In this document: positions 1-11,367 of the stretch, in pieces
Layout: the number at the start of each line of letters is the position of its first letter
Numbering within the stretch: the first letter of the stretch is position 1
NCBI GenBank assembly: GCA_023515725.1
Contig: JALDTO010000142.1
Span: forward strand, 62,001 to 126,000
Origin: Amoeboaphelidium protococcarum X5
Taxonomy: Eukaryota; Fungi; Aphelidiomycota
DNA: 64,000 nucleotides
Direction: 5' to 3'
Program-made: the position numbers and the translations under genes
Notes under the pieces: generated by a model
The model's input: the letters and a program-made list of their open reading frames with translations, nothing else
Database searches by the model: none
Told to the model about the DNA's origin: nothing

Positions 1-542
1 AAAGAGGCCACTAGAGGCTTGCCTTGAGCAAAGAGTTCCAGATCACGCTCAAGTGACAGGGGAGTGGCAACTTGGTAAATCTTCTAGAACAATTTCTGAT
101 TCAAATCGGTACTTTAACTGGACAAGATCCAATTTGGCACGTAATTAATAGAGATGATAGGCAGAGGCTTATAAATCTGTGCAGCATCTTGAAAATCAAT
201 AACATCCAACGCGTCATACAAAGGCTTAAGGCATTGCTATAGAAATGTAGGGTCCACATTACTGATTTGACTGTCAAACGTCAGCTATGCCATTAAAGGA
301 CTCAAATCCAATTAGAACGCATCAGTCTCAGGCCATATTTAAACCAATCTGATATGATCATACAGAGGATAGCACTAGACATTCTGCAGTTGATCAATTA
401 AGAGCCCATGATTAAAGACATCATACAGCGGATTACTCATTCTAAGAGGTAGAAGCTCTAACAAGGAATACGTCGTCGCATCAATAGGAAGCATCAAGCA
501 AAGCGAGACCATTAGACAACAAAAATACCTGAAAGACACCAT
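1..542 (-). CDS. Secreted protein of unknown family, paralog A (3' end runs off the window)
   Basis: ATG at 542; open to the window edge with TAR=Gln. Begins MVSFRYFCCLMVSLCLMLPIDA (signal-peptide-like). Shares the pattern C-x-x-(L/I/M)YD-x-I...D(L/M)xxLM...C(L/V)xxLY(D/E)xxDxxD...KP with the genes at 3378-5171 and 5783-7747. Confidence 0.75.
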
Positions 543-967
543 GTTGATCACGCTGTCACCAAGATTTATGACTGTAAATCAGAGCAAATGGAAGTGTGAG
601 AGATGCTAAGCAGAGAGTAAGAAGCGGATAAATTTTTTTCACACTTAGGACCCCTAATTCGTATATTCACTTTATATTCCGCGAATCAGGGGTCTTCCAC
701 GAGTAGGTGAATCATTAGTGCATTGGCTCTACATCTATGACAAAGTTTAACATTTCTTATGCGGAAATCGACTGACTGCTTTATTGTCGTCGCGTTGAAC
801 TTCTAACTGAATACAGTGTGGTTTACTCGAAGCTTTTTTTAGTAAGTGTTGAACTCACATGCTTTGGTACTGTTTTTAGTTTCCTTACAGTTCTCCCCGC
901 TCCTGAGCGACTGAATTACACGCGGCCGAGTCTTAAGAAGAAACAACACTTGCATACTAAATTCAAT

Positions 968-2900
968 ACGTTTATTCCAGTCATTTGTATATATCTTTTA
1001 ATACTTTTGCAAATTCTTCACTATCAAAGTCAAAGTCTTCTAAGTCTGCCTAAATTTAATGTGGATTCAACAGATGATCAGTATTGGAGATGTTGTTATC
1101 AGAGGTCGATGGCTGGACGCGCTCTATTTCCATTTAATCGCCCTGAGGAAACAAGTACTCAGCATTTGCATCCAGTACAAATTCTGCAAGCATCTTTTGC
1201 TCATCCTCCTAATTTAACTATCTAGGATGCTATTGAGTGCTCTCGTAGAGGAACAAAATGCGCTTAATCAGAATATGATACGCCCACAACTGTAGGTACT
1301 CTTCAACGAATTACAGCTTCGACAGCTGTTCCAGCACTAAATGTTCCTGCTGAACGTCCTCAATGAATAAGACACCATTCGAGTCAGAATATCTAGGAAT
1401 TAACTCGTCGACATAATCATCAATGACAGAGATTCGCTCAGCAGTCCAAGGAGACGTCTACTCCTTCATCACAATGTCAAAGGCTTTGATCAAGTCAGAT
1501 TCTCCCTTTTAGATGTCCATCAGTATCTTGAGACGCGTCTGAAAAGATAGCTGCAAAAACTGTTTATTAGATATAAACTTTTCAGGGACAAGTAACTGAT
1601 TCATAAGTTCCAGCTTTACTCTTTAAGAAAAATTGGCGTACAAGTTCCATCGATAAGGCAGAGTATCAAAATACCTAATCAAGTCAGTCTCGGTCATCAG
1701 CTACACAATGTTAATGATTTGGCTTAATGTGAGCATACTCAACTCCAACTACTCATTCTAAAGCATCTCTTGAAATAAATGTTACGCGTATTGAGGAATC
1801 TAATGTGCAGTCATTTAACGGTTAATAAAATCGATTGTCAATCCGTAATAATTACTCTGTGGCATCAATCTGTTCACCGTGACTAATGCAGCAATTTCAT
1901 CACGCAGACGATTGAAATCCAGAGTTGGAAGAGTTGTTGCCAGATACTCCACTAATTTGTCTACAGCCTAAAACTCAAACGCAACGTTGCCGTGGATATA
2001 TTACTTTGCAATAACTCGAGCAGATACAATATTGTTACTTCGAATAGCACAACCAAAGGTCGCAGCAATAATACTGCTGGTTAAATCTTAACGTTCCAAC
2101 AGCATGATGTTGATGATGGCAGTTAGGGCGCTCCTTTTCTATAGCTAGACTACAATCGGTATGAGCTTACGAAATAAAATCGACTTCGAGACGGCCCCGA
2201 TGACTGACTAAATAGCCATATCCAGACGATATCGCGCTTTAAGATCCAAGTCTCTTTCATGCATAGGCAGAATAACATCTTTGAATACGGCAACCAGTAG
2301 TTTGTAAGCAGAGTCAGCAGTCCTATCTTCAGCGCTTCCGATCCAAACTTGATCAAGCCATTTAAATTCGCGAATCTCGAACGAAAAATCGCGCGTAAAC
2401 AGCGGATCAAGACACTTGACAAGTTATTGAAGAGACAACACGCTGGCAAACATACTAGATGATTGTTACTTGACAACATCAGACAGATCTAGCTGGTACT
2501 AGTGCTACATTGCAAGCTGTTATTGCAGCGGTGGAAAGTCGACTCCATACTGCAAAAGCGTAAAACACTAAGTCTTGAGAGCGACATTTTCTGAGTACAA
2601 GCTACTTATCACATTTTACAACCTCCAGCCTGAATAATGTCTAGTTAACAGATCTTGAAAGCTTAACGCTTACACCACACCCAATAGTATAGATACCAGA
2701 AAAAGCAACATCTCTCGTAATCTCGATGTTCCCAAAGGCCTCAACCGACGAATGTGAAAAATGCCCGACGCCAAAATCTGAAAAGGCCTCGACCAATCTA
2801 GCAAAGTCTAGACCAAAACCCCTTAAGTCTCTGTATCACATTGCAATTTGAATGAAGGGGTACCCTGGCAAAGTGAAATTTATGTTGGACTATGCAAAGT
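968..2900 (+). pseudogene. Probable decayed gene for a secreted, S/T/P/Q/R-rich protein
   Basis: Hydrophobic leader FIPVICIYLLILLQIL follows ACG (possible lost ATG) at 968. The protein-like frame is broken by about 8 TGAs and at least one frameshift near 2070-2100. No recognisable domain; boundaries approximate. Confidence 0.3.
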
Positions 2901-3377
2901 TACAGTATTTAGCGCAACCTGATTAAAATAACGCAAAAATTTAGCTCAATTTAGTGCGTGCTATGTTTATTGTTCATCTCAATTGTTAGACTTCGAATTC
3001 ATGAAATACGGTAGATATCATGACACTCAAATCATCTTACGTGTCCTAGATCGAAGAGAAGGCTGCAGTCGGTCAATCAAAATCCCTACGCTCTTACACG
3101 TCGCAATTATAACTATAGTGCTAACTGCTAGAATAAAGACTAAAAATTCGATTATTGTACTCTTTAGAGGTGCTAAAACATTTGATTATATTTCAGATTC
3201 TATTATCATTATATTTCTCCTTAAGCGACAACCCTTGAACTTCTAAAGCCTGGCAAGAGGGTACTACTCAATGGTTCATGTTCAAGCGAAAATTTCATTG
3301 GAAGGATCATCGTTACGACGACCCGACCCAGGCAATTGCTACTGTACATAGTGAGTACCGTATCTTCTCTAGCGCAA

Positions 3378-5171
3378 TCAGTTTCCGTGGACATCTTATA
3401 CCGGAGCTTATTCAATTTGTTATCTTGTGACATCTTACTGAGTAATGTCTTGAGATGGTGCAAAAGTTCGCACATCGGAACGGAAAACGCCATAACGGTA
3501 CCTAGAATCGCCTTAAAAGGTAGGAAGGTGCAAAGTATCTACAACAGGAGGCAGCTAATCAACTGAAATGTCAGCCATGAAGCCATCATGAGGATTTTAT
3601 TACTTTCTCAGAAATACAACTCTGGCCAGTAGAAGGCAATACTATCGGGACTCTAATTCCATAATTTGAAACTTTTAGCGACACTATCCCCAATCTAATC
3701 TCAACAAAGCGCGATCAAAGTCCACAAATTCAGTTTAATCGCTGTAAAAGACATTCATATACATTTTACGCAATAAAATTACAAGGTTGTCGTCGTATCC
3801 CCCTTAATTCAGAACGCGCAAAAAGTCTACATACTGATGTTGAGCGGGCTGAAGCACATCGCCAGAAGATTCTATAGTTCTGCTACGGCGCATTTCATAA
3901 TTCTGCTGATTCTGACTCTGAACAACAGCAGGTGCTGCTCTTTTCAGCAACGCCAGCCTAACATTAAATTTGAGCGTATGAAACTAGACCTGATCCAATT
4001 ATTACAATGAGAACTAAGCCAAGTGTACCAGAAGCAGCTGAGCATCAACTCTAAGCCTAACAAAGACAGCCTTTTATTCCGGACGCAAAGGAACGAAATA
4101 GCTCGATATCTGCCAAGCACTCATTGTCTAAAAGGCCTCCGCTATAACGTCAGGATGATCGTGACTTAAATCCTTCGAACCAGTCAGCAGCGCATAAGAC
4201 TAAAACACAAAAGGATACTGGACAACCTAAGTCAACACCTCTATGGACAATAAATTTAGGCGATACTATCTAGATCCCGCCGCTGGTACCAATGTAAAAT
4301 CACGAACAACGTCCAATACAGCCAGCATATTGATCAGATTACGCTACACTCCATACATATTAATCTTGTTCGCACATGAGGTAAAAAACAAACGCGTCAA
4401 CGCGGTATTACTTTCGAAATGATTCGCATAAAGCAACTGAGACAGCACTGTCCTCTTGAGGCTAAGTGAAGTGAACATCATTTAGGCGACGAAATTGCCA
4501 GCATCAGAGCCAAGCCTCTGAAAGACCAAATTGATTATGGAATATATAAAATCTTGGTTATTGTTGGAAAAGAATGCATTCTAAGCCAACTTCACTCCAA
4601 ACTTTTAGATGGGCAAAGCATACAGAAGGCTTTCCGTACAACGAAGCGACTTTCCATCCTTAAACAGGAGCTCGTCCTTCAATAGACTGGGTAATAACGC
4701 GACGTGCAATATCTTTTCATAGAGGATATCTCTCCGCTAAGCAATCATGGAATTGATAACGACTGACTGTGTATAATCGAACGCATAGATGAAGAATGGC
4801 TTTAAAATTGACGGGCGATACGCGTCATAGATGTCAACCATGTCATATAGAGATTTAACGCAAGTAATCACGTCCAAATTCTGCAGTAACGAGCCGACAG
4901 GATCAAATGCCAAATAGAACATGAGTTAGCTCATATCTGCCTTATACCCAGAAATATCACCCAAACGAGATGGCAATTCAGTAAAAGTAATCTTATCATA
5001 TATAGTCTTACATTGCGGTGATGTAAAAGCAGCAGGCCCCTCAAAGACAATAGACTGACCATAGTGCTTATCGACAAGATTACGAATTTTCAAATTTTCA
5101 GCAAATACAGAGACGCTCCAGATTTAGATGATGATAAAGACTATCATCGGAATTAAATGCTAGTTCACCAT
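3378..5171 (-). CDS. Secreted protein of unknown family, paralog B (597 aa)
   Basis: Intronless ATG(5171)-TGA(3378) frame under code 6. Starts MVNQHLIPMIVFIIIQIWSVSVFA|ENLKIRNLVDKHY. Collinear homolog of 5783-7747. Confidence 0.85.
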
Positions 5172-5782
5172 CACTCTTCTCAGTATCACTCAATTTTAAC
5201 CACAGCTTAATACTTACAACAAAAATTGATAATCTGTGCGATTGAGGTACTAAGTCAGTATTCAAAATAACTTTCCAAAGTCGAACACGATAAGTTGATC
5301 TTTGAATCGATCAATTAAGGAGAGCAGCCCCTGTCTCTGCAATGTTTGTGCACATGCGTCAGTGAATGTTCATTAAATGACTACTACTGTACACATTATC
5401 ATATTCACAACTATGAATAGCACGCAATCTTCCTAGTCAAAGGCTTTAGATCCATTGGATGGCAGACGCATGTAATAAAGAGTAAATACTGTTGATTCGT
5501 ATGTGATTAATCATTAGAGCTAAGATTAACCATGTCCTATAACAGGCAGTTTCAACCAATTGACAGTAAAATTACGGCGCGTTGGTGTGTAATTAAGTTG
5601 CAGTCAATCGGAAGACGGCGTAAAATGTACATAGGAACTTAAAACGTGGCTATGACTTGGTATAGACAAATTTTAAAGACGGCGACATTAAAATTAAACT
5701 TTCATTTAGTTTCTATTTATTTCAAATCAACTAGTCGGGTAACACGTCAAAGAACGTTAGAGCCGGCGTCAGGATTTATAAC

Positions 5783-7747
5783 TCACTGATCGTTGTCAGA
5801 AACTAACAATCCATCTATAAAGTTATCCTCGAAACGCCTCAATTTGGGTTGATATTGATCTACTTCCTCAGAATCCAGTCTCCTCTTACGCGTTGACTCT
5901 TAGCCCCCATCTAAAACGTGAATTTCTTCAGTCTGCAAGCCCGCATTTTCCATATTGGCATCGCCCTGCTGAGGTGCGAAGGTTACCATATCAGGAGGAT
6001 ATACGCGTTTAGAATCTCTAACAACGAGTGCTTCAGGGTGGAATTACAAAGGATCTACAGGTGGAGGAGGAGGCTAATCAGTAGAAATGTCAGCCATAAA
6101 GCCATCATGAGGATTTTATTACTTTCTTAAATATATGACCCTGGCCAGTAGAAGGCAATACTATCGGGACTCTAATTCCATAATTTGAATACTTTTGCGA
6201 CAATACGCCCAATCTGCTCGCAGTAACAAGCGATCAAAGTCCATAGATTGAGTGTAACCAGAGGAAAAAGCTGTCAAGTACATTTGACGCAACTATTTCA
6301 CAATGTTATTGTCATAGAGGTTATTCAATAGAGCCTGTTAAAAATTATCTTTTTAAGATGGATAAGACAGATAAATATGACCAGAGAAGTGAGTATTCAC
6401 AGTAGGCCTGATCGGTCGATTTTACTCGCCCTCACTCTACACAACAGGAGCTTCTCTCTTCAGCAACGCCAGTCTAACACTAAAAGAGAGTCTATGAAAT
6501 TAATCCTTGTTCAGCCAATGAAAAGAGAACTAGCCAAAGTTTACCAGAAGCAGTTGCGCCTCAATTTTTAGATTCAAGAAAACTGTCTTATATTTATCAG
6601 GAAGATGCTGGAAATACGCCAATACTTACTGATTACTCATTGTCTAGAAGGTAGAAGCTATTACGACTGGATGAGCATGGGCCAAATCTTTTGCGGCAGT
6701 CAGCAGTGAATAAGCAGGACGTACAAAATCATAGTGGGATTTCTGAGTCAATACCTCGAAAGACAGTTTACTCAACTAGGACTACTCAGACTCTTCCACA
6801 GCTAATAGCGTAAAATCTCGGACATTTTCCAATACAGCCAACATTTTGATCAAATCCCTCAGAGATCCATAAGTATTAATCATACCCATAAATGTAACAA
6901 AGAACTAACGCGTCATCCTCATATCAATATGGAAATAATTCGCAAACAGCAACTAAGCCAATGCAACTCTTTTATGAGTTATTGCAGATTACATCACCAT
7001 GATAACAAATTCTTCAGCATTAGAACCAGCACTCGGCCTGCTTTAAATTACAAGTAATTATTATTATTATGATAAAGTGTCACGAGACTAAAAGTACCCA
7101 AAAATCAATTTGATTATACACAGGGAGAATTCTGGATTATGCAAATAGATGACGATATCGACCAAATCCTTCTTTACCATTTAATTAGGTAGAATTTAAA
7201 TCAAATAAGCCATACAGAGAGGAAGCTTTCCCTCATTTACCAGACGCTCGTCACTGCGCAGACTGAGTATATACGTTGAGTAGAATATTTTCTGATACAG
7301 AGCCAATCTCTTCGATTCAACCATTGAGTCAATAACCGATTACTCTGTATAGTCGAAGCCGTAAATGAAGAAAGGCTTTTCATATGAAGCGCGATAGCTG
7401 TCGACACCATCAACCATCTCGTACAAAGGAGTTAGACAGCTGGTCACATCAAGCTGTTAAATGAAAGCCCCCACCTGATCGTCTGCCAGCCAAGACATGA
7501 GTCGAGTCAAATCTGCTTTATACCCAGGAATGTCACCAAAATGAGATGGCAATTGAGTAAATGTAATCATGTCATACATAGTCTTACAGCGCGGCGAATT
7601 AAAAGCAACAGGGCCTCGAAAGGCTACGGATGGGGCATAATGCTTATCAACAAGATTATGAATCGTCAATTATTCAGCCAGCACAAAGATACTCATAATC
7701 TATACGATAATAGAGAGTATCATCGATATTGAATGCCAGTATATCAT
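5783..7747 (-). CDS. Secreted protein of unknown family, paralog C (654 aa)
   Basis: Intronless ATG(7747)-TGA(5783) frame under code 6. Starts MIYWHSISMILSIIVQIMSIFVLA|EQLTIHNLVDKHY. Has an internal TAA TAA TAA TAA (QQQQ) and a basic tail TRKRRLDSEEVDQYQPKLRRF. Confidence 0.85.
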
Positions 7748-8506
7748 AGCTTATTATCCTGCTCCAGTCTACCAAATTTTACGACACAAGAAAATTTAAC
7801 AAAAAAGTGTAAATGTAGACAGTATCCCAATTTCTCAAATAGGAGTTATCTGTGATCAATCTCAGGAGGTACGATGCCCCTGTGATATATTTTGTAACTT
7901 TATGTTATAACCGCGACGTTCGCCTTGTGCTCTAAATAGACTAATATCGTGATATAAAAATGGACTCGACTACTAGAGCAGTGAATGGGAATAAGTTTCG
8001 TGCTCATTGTGCAATCCATTTCCCACGACTGACTACAATGCCCATGATAAAGCATAATCAAATAGTAGTGTCTCAACATTACACGTCTTACCGCAGTGAT
8101 AATAGAGAGTCTAAAGAGGTAAATGATTGCGTAATATAACAATCACTTTCATCACGACATTATTTCTACGCCAAACCTCTGACCGGGATGGATCACGGTC
8201 CTTGCATACTAGACACTTGAGCGGCTTCGATCAATCATCAAACGCGTCAGTCCATTTCAAACATCGTTCGATTCGTCGATGAAGTCCGTTCTATTTCGTC
8301 TCTCTTTTTCTTTTTCTTTTTGTCTTTTACCTCTGTCTCTCTCCGTTGTTTTGCTACAGAAAATATACTGCAATTGACTTTATCTAGTTGAAGTGTCTAT
8401 TTTATATTGTCTACAAGCTTATAATAAGTCTTGAACTCAATTCTAACTATAAATTGAGAATACGAGAGAGAGAGAGTGTTATATATCTTGAAGGAACATA
8501 TCAAAA

Positions 8507-10072
8507 ATGGTGATGATGCGTTAATAGTTGAGAGATGAAGCTGCTAAACATACACAATTAAACTAATTTGAATTGTACAGTAAACTCTGTGATTTTGCCT
8601 CTCGATTGGGTGGAGACATTGATGTCCGTGAAGTATTTGCTGATGGTAATGTAACTACTACTACTGAAAGTGACGCGATAGTATCTCTGGTATTGCTGAA
8701 CAGAGATAGTACTGTTATGAGTGAGAGATTTCCGGCTTCATGTTGCATGTAATTAAAAGCCTTTTTAGCGGTAGACTTTTAATGGTAAATGTATCAGCAT
8801 CTGTTTACTGCGTTGGAGAAGCTTCTTATTTGCCCTCAGGTGATGAATACTCTTTATGAAGTTGCACTATCTTAGTCAAAGATTACTATTGTTTAGTCAC
8901 TATTCTTGCACCTCTATCTTTTGATTGCGACAAAGAAGAGTGGTAACTAGGATTTCAGAATTAGTATTGAGCCTGTGAAAGTCCTAGAATATTGCAAGGA
9001 GGCGATATTGTATTCACCATCTGATAATCAGAATGTCCAACACTATCTTGAATTTCAGTATAACTGTGGTCAGATTGGTGTATTGTAACGTGACTTTCTA
9101 CTGGCAAGATAGATGTTCAAGTATGTACTGGATATTGTGCCATCTCAGTAGCTATAACAGTAACAATAATAAATGATGGACAATGGAGGACATGAAGGTG
9201 GTAAAAGTGCGCGTATGAGTCTTCATATGGGAGATAACATTACAGTGATGAGTAAGATCAAGTTGGAGGCTTTTAAAAAGTATCTCTTATTGTCTCTCAT
9301 CTTGGACGGGGAGCATCCATCGCGTAAAACACTCAGTTAATAGCCACGAAGCTCTAAATACATTGCCTATCATTAGATGGCATCTAGCTATTGGGTATTG
9401 GCACAGGCTTATGATTGCTCTTCTCTCACCCAGTATGATAATATTGTTAAAATCATTCACTAGGATGCTGGTAGTAAATAGTCTTATCAGGCAGATGGTA
9501 ATTATAGTTTGGTATTGATGTGCCAGGATGTGTTCAAGGCTCATTATGTCCGCTCTCAGATAGCCTCCGTGTATTCTGATATTACTCTGGTACGGCTGAG
9601 AAAGATGTTGGGTATTCCTAGTGATAATGGGAACTCATAGGCGGACGAAGAGTTTACTCGTATAGTGAGAGTTCTGACGGAGCAGTTTGGATACTCTACT
9701 CGTTAGTAATCATTGCATCTAGCTGTGTAGAAGGAGTCTTCTGTAATAGATGATAGTTAGGCTGAGGGAAGTGGGTACTCATAACTAGATTAGTATATCG
9801 ACGCATTGAAGTAAAAGAATGACGCTATTTTATAGGATGAGACTTATTGGAAACGTGTAATAGTTAAGAGTAAAGCTGGCTAATAATAAAAGACGGTTCC
9901 TAAGTTGTCAAAGCCATTGAAATAATCATAATAATCTTCATCTGCTGCATTGGGAGGTAGTACTGGTAGTAGTAATAGTAAGGGGAAAGGTAGACAACGG
10001 TATGGGCCAGAAGATCGCGATTCTGGCTTTGGTGGATTCAACGCTGGCTTTCTTCAATAATAAATGACGTGA
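8507..10072 (+). CDS. CSN3: COP9 signalosome subunit 3-like PCI protein (divergent, 521 aa)
   Basis: Code-6 ORF containing YLEFQYNCGQIG...MSKIKLEAFKKYLLLSLILDG...YWVLAQAY...YQADGNYSLVLMC, matching the CSN3 pattern [47 protein letters not shown]. Confidence 0.75.
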
Positions 10073-10201
10073 ATTTTACTCTCAATGTGCCGCTCGAGGT
10101 ATTCATGCTATACAATTTGCTATATTCTATCAATACCTTCATTTTCATTTTCTTATACAAAATAGGAGATGGAGTCTGAATGCAGCTAACACTTACAGTA
10201 C

Positions 10202-11230
10202 TCACTCTCTCGATAGCTGCAACTTTATGAAAATGACTGCAGTTTGAGCATTGTGACTGACCGATGGAAGCCCTTTAATCTCACGCAACACAGGCAATTC
10301 GTCCACCGCACTCACATGCAAAAATACCAAGCGCCGATTCATCACCAGTTGTTAAATTGTATCCTACCCTTCGACCGTTGAATCGAAATTGATTCTATCG
10401 CTCTCTTCCGCTGCAATATCTTATTCATTCAAGAAACCGCTAAAGGATACCAACTTAACTTCTTTCTTTACCTTCTTACTGAAACAGAGTTTTTATAAGT
10501 CATCAACAAGCACCAAATGCATAATGGACGTTTAAGGTATTCTCTGCAAAATGGTTATTAAATCTCTTGAACGCAGAACAGGCGTAGAAGTGCATTCACC
10601 AGATATACGACCATCAGCAGCAGTGAAATCGATTCTGTCCGCATTTTCGGTTCTCCGGCAGTGACTAAAAAAGCTCCCCTTCACTTGGGACAGCCACTCA
10701 GGATAGCATTAGTTGAGTAGAGTCAAGAGAGGCACCCTGAAGAGCTTCAAGGACGGCATTATATCCAAGAGACTTTCAACGTCTTCGGCTTCATTGTTAG
10801 AGCGAGAACAAGGAGAATGAGGAGAGTCGGGCAAAGTATTGCGATTGCTGATTAAGAAGTTTTCTCTCATATTCTCACTTTGTTCATATCGTTACTGCTG
10901 TCACCATTACACCTACCTTTGGATGTGATCAGCTTGTTCTTCTTTGACTCTCTGGCCTGATGCAATATAGGGCTGGAGATCTGTATCCGCTCTGAGGGAA
11001 GACGAAACCGTTCTGGGAGAACTGCATCGCCCTTCTCAGGTTCTATGCATTATCAAAATATAGCTCCATCTTCATTGCATTTTCAGTGATTTACCAGTAC
11101 TTAAAATGCTTGATTTTGACTTAATTGGCTTTGAAAAAGTGTTCTATTCTCTGAGAGTGGAGGACTCTTGATGCCTTGTGAATAATGGGATCCACCCAGA
11201 CGAAAGCTATAAGGCAGGTATTTTTCTTTT
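10202..11230 (-). pseudogene. Crinkler (CRN)-like effector pseudogene, 3' part (restriction-endonuclease-fold domain)
   Basis: FRVPLLTLLNQCYPEWLSQVKGSFFSHCRRTENADRIDF..GRISGECT..ILQRIPQTSIMHLVLVDDLQ, ending TGA at 10202, resembles the CRN C-terminal pattern P.L...NQ.WP.FL...G..F....RT.N.D.ID....GE.K...IL.RIP..S.LHLVF...LQ. Frameshifts/stops lie upstream; cut by the MULE. Confidence 0.65.
11222..11230. repeat. 9-bp target site duplication TTTTCTTTT (left copy; right copy 15177-15185)
   Basis: Identical 9-mer directly flanks both TIRs. Confidence 0.85.
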
Positions 11231-11337
11231 GGGGAAAGTTATTCGGCCCGATCGGGCTCGCTTATTCGGCCCAATCCTATTCGGCCCAACAGTGAAACAA
11301 GAGACAATGGTTATTCGGCCCATATATTCAGCACCAA
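11231..11337 (+). repeat. Left TIR of the MULE
   Basis: GGGGAAAGTTATTCGGCCCGATCGGGCTCGC...CAGCACCAA; four TATTCGGCCC units and the palindrome GCCCGATCGGGC. Confidence 0.92.
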
Positions 11338-11367
11338 AAAACAAAATTTATTCATACACTCTCGATA

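Noticed and set aside
11240-11325. TATTCGGCCC repeats as a CRISPR-like array
   Set aside because: Ten-bp units with irregular short spacers, mirrored at 15070-15176: they are part of the TIR.
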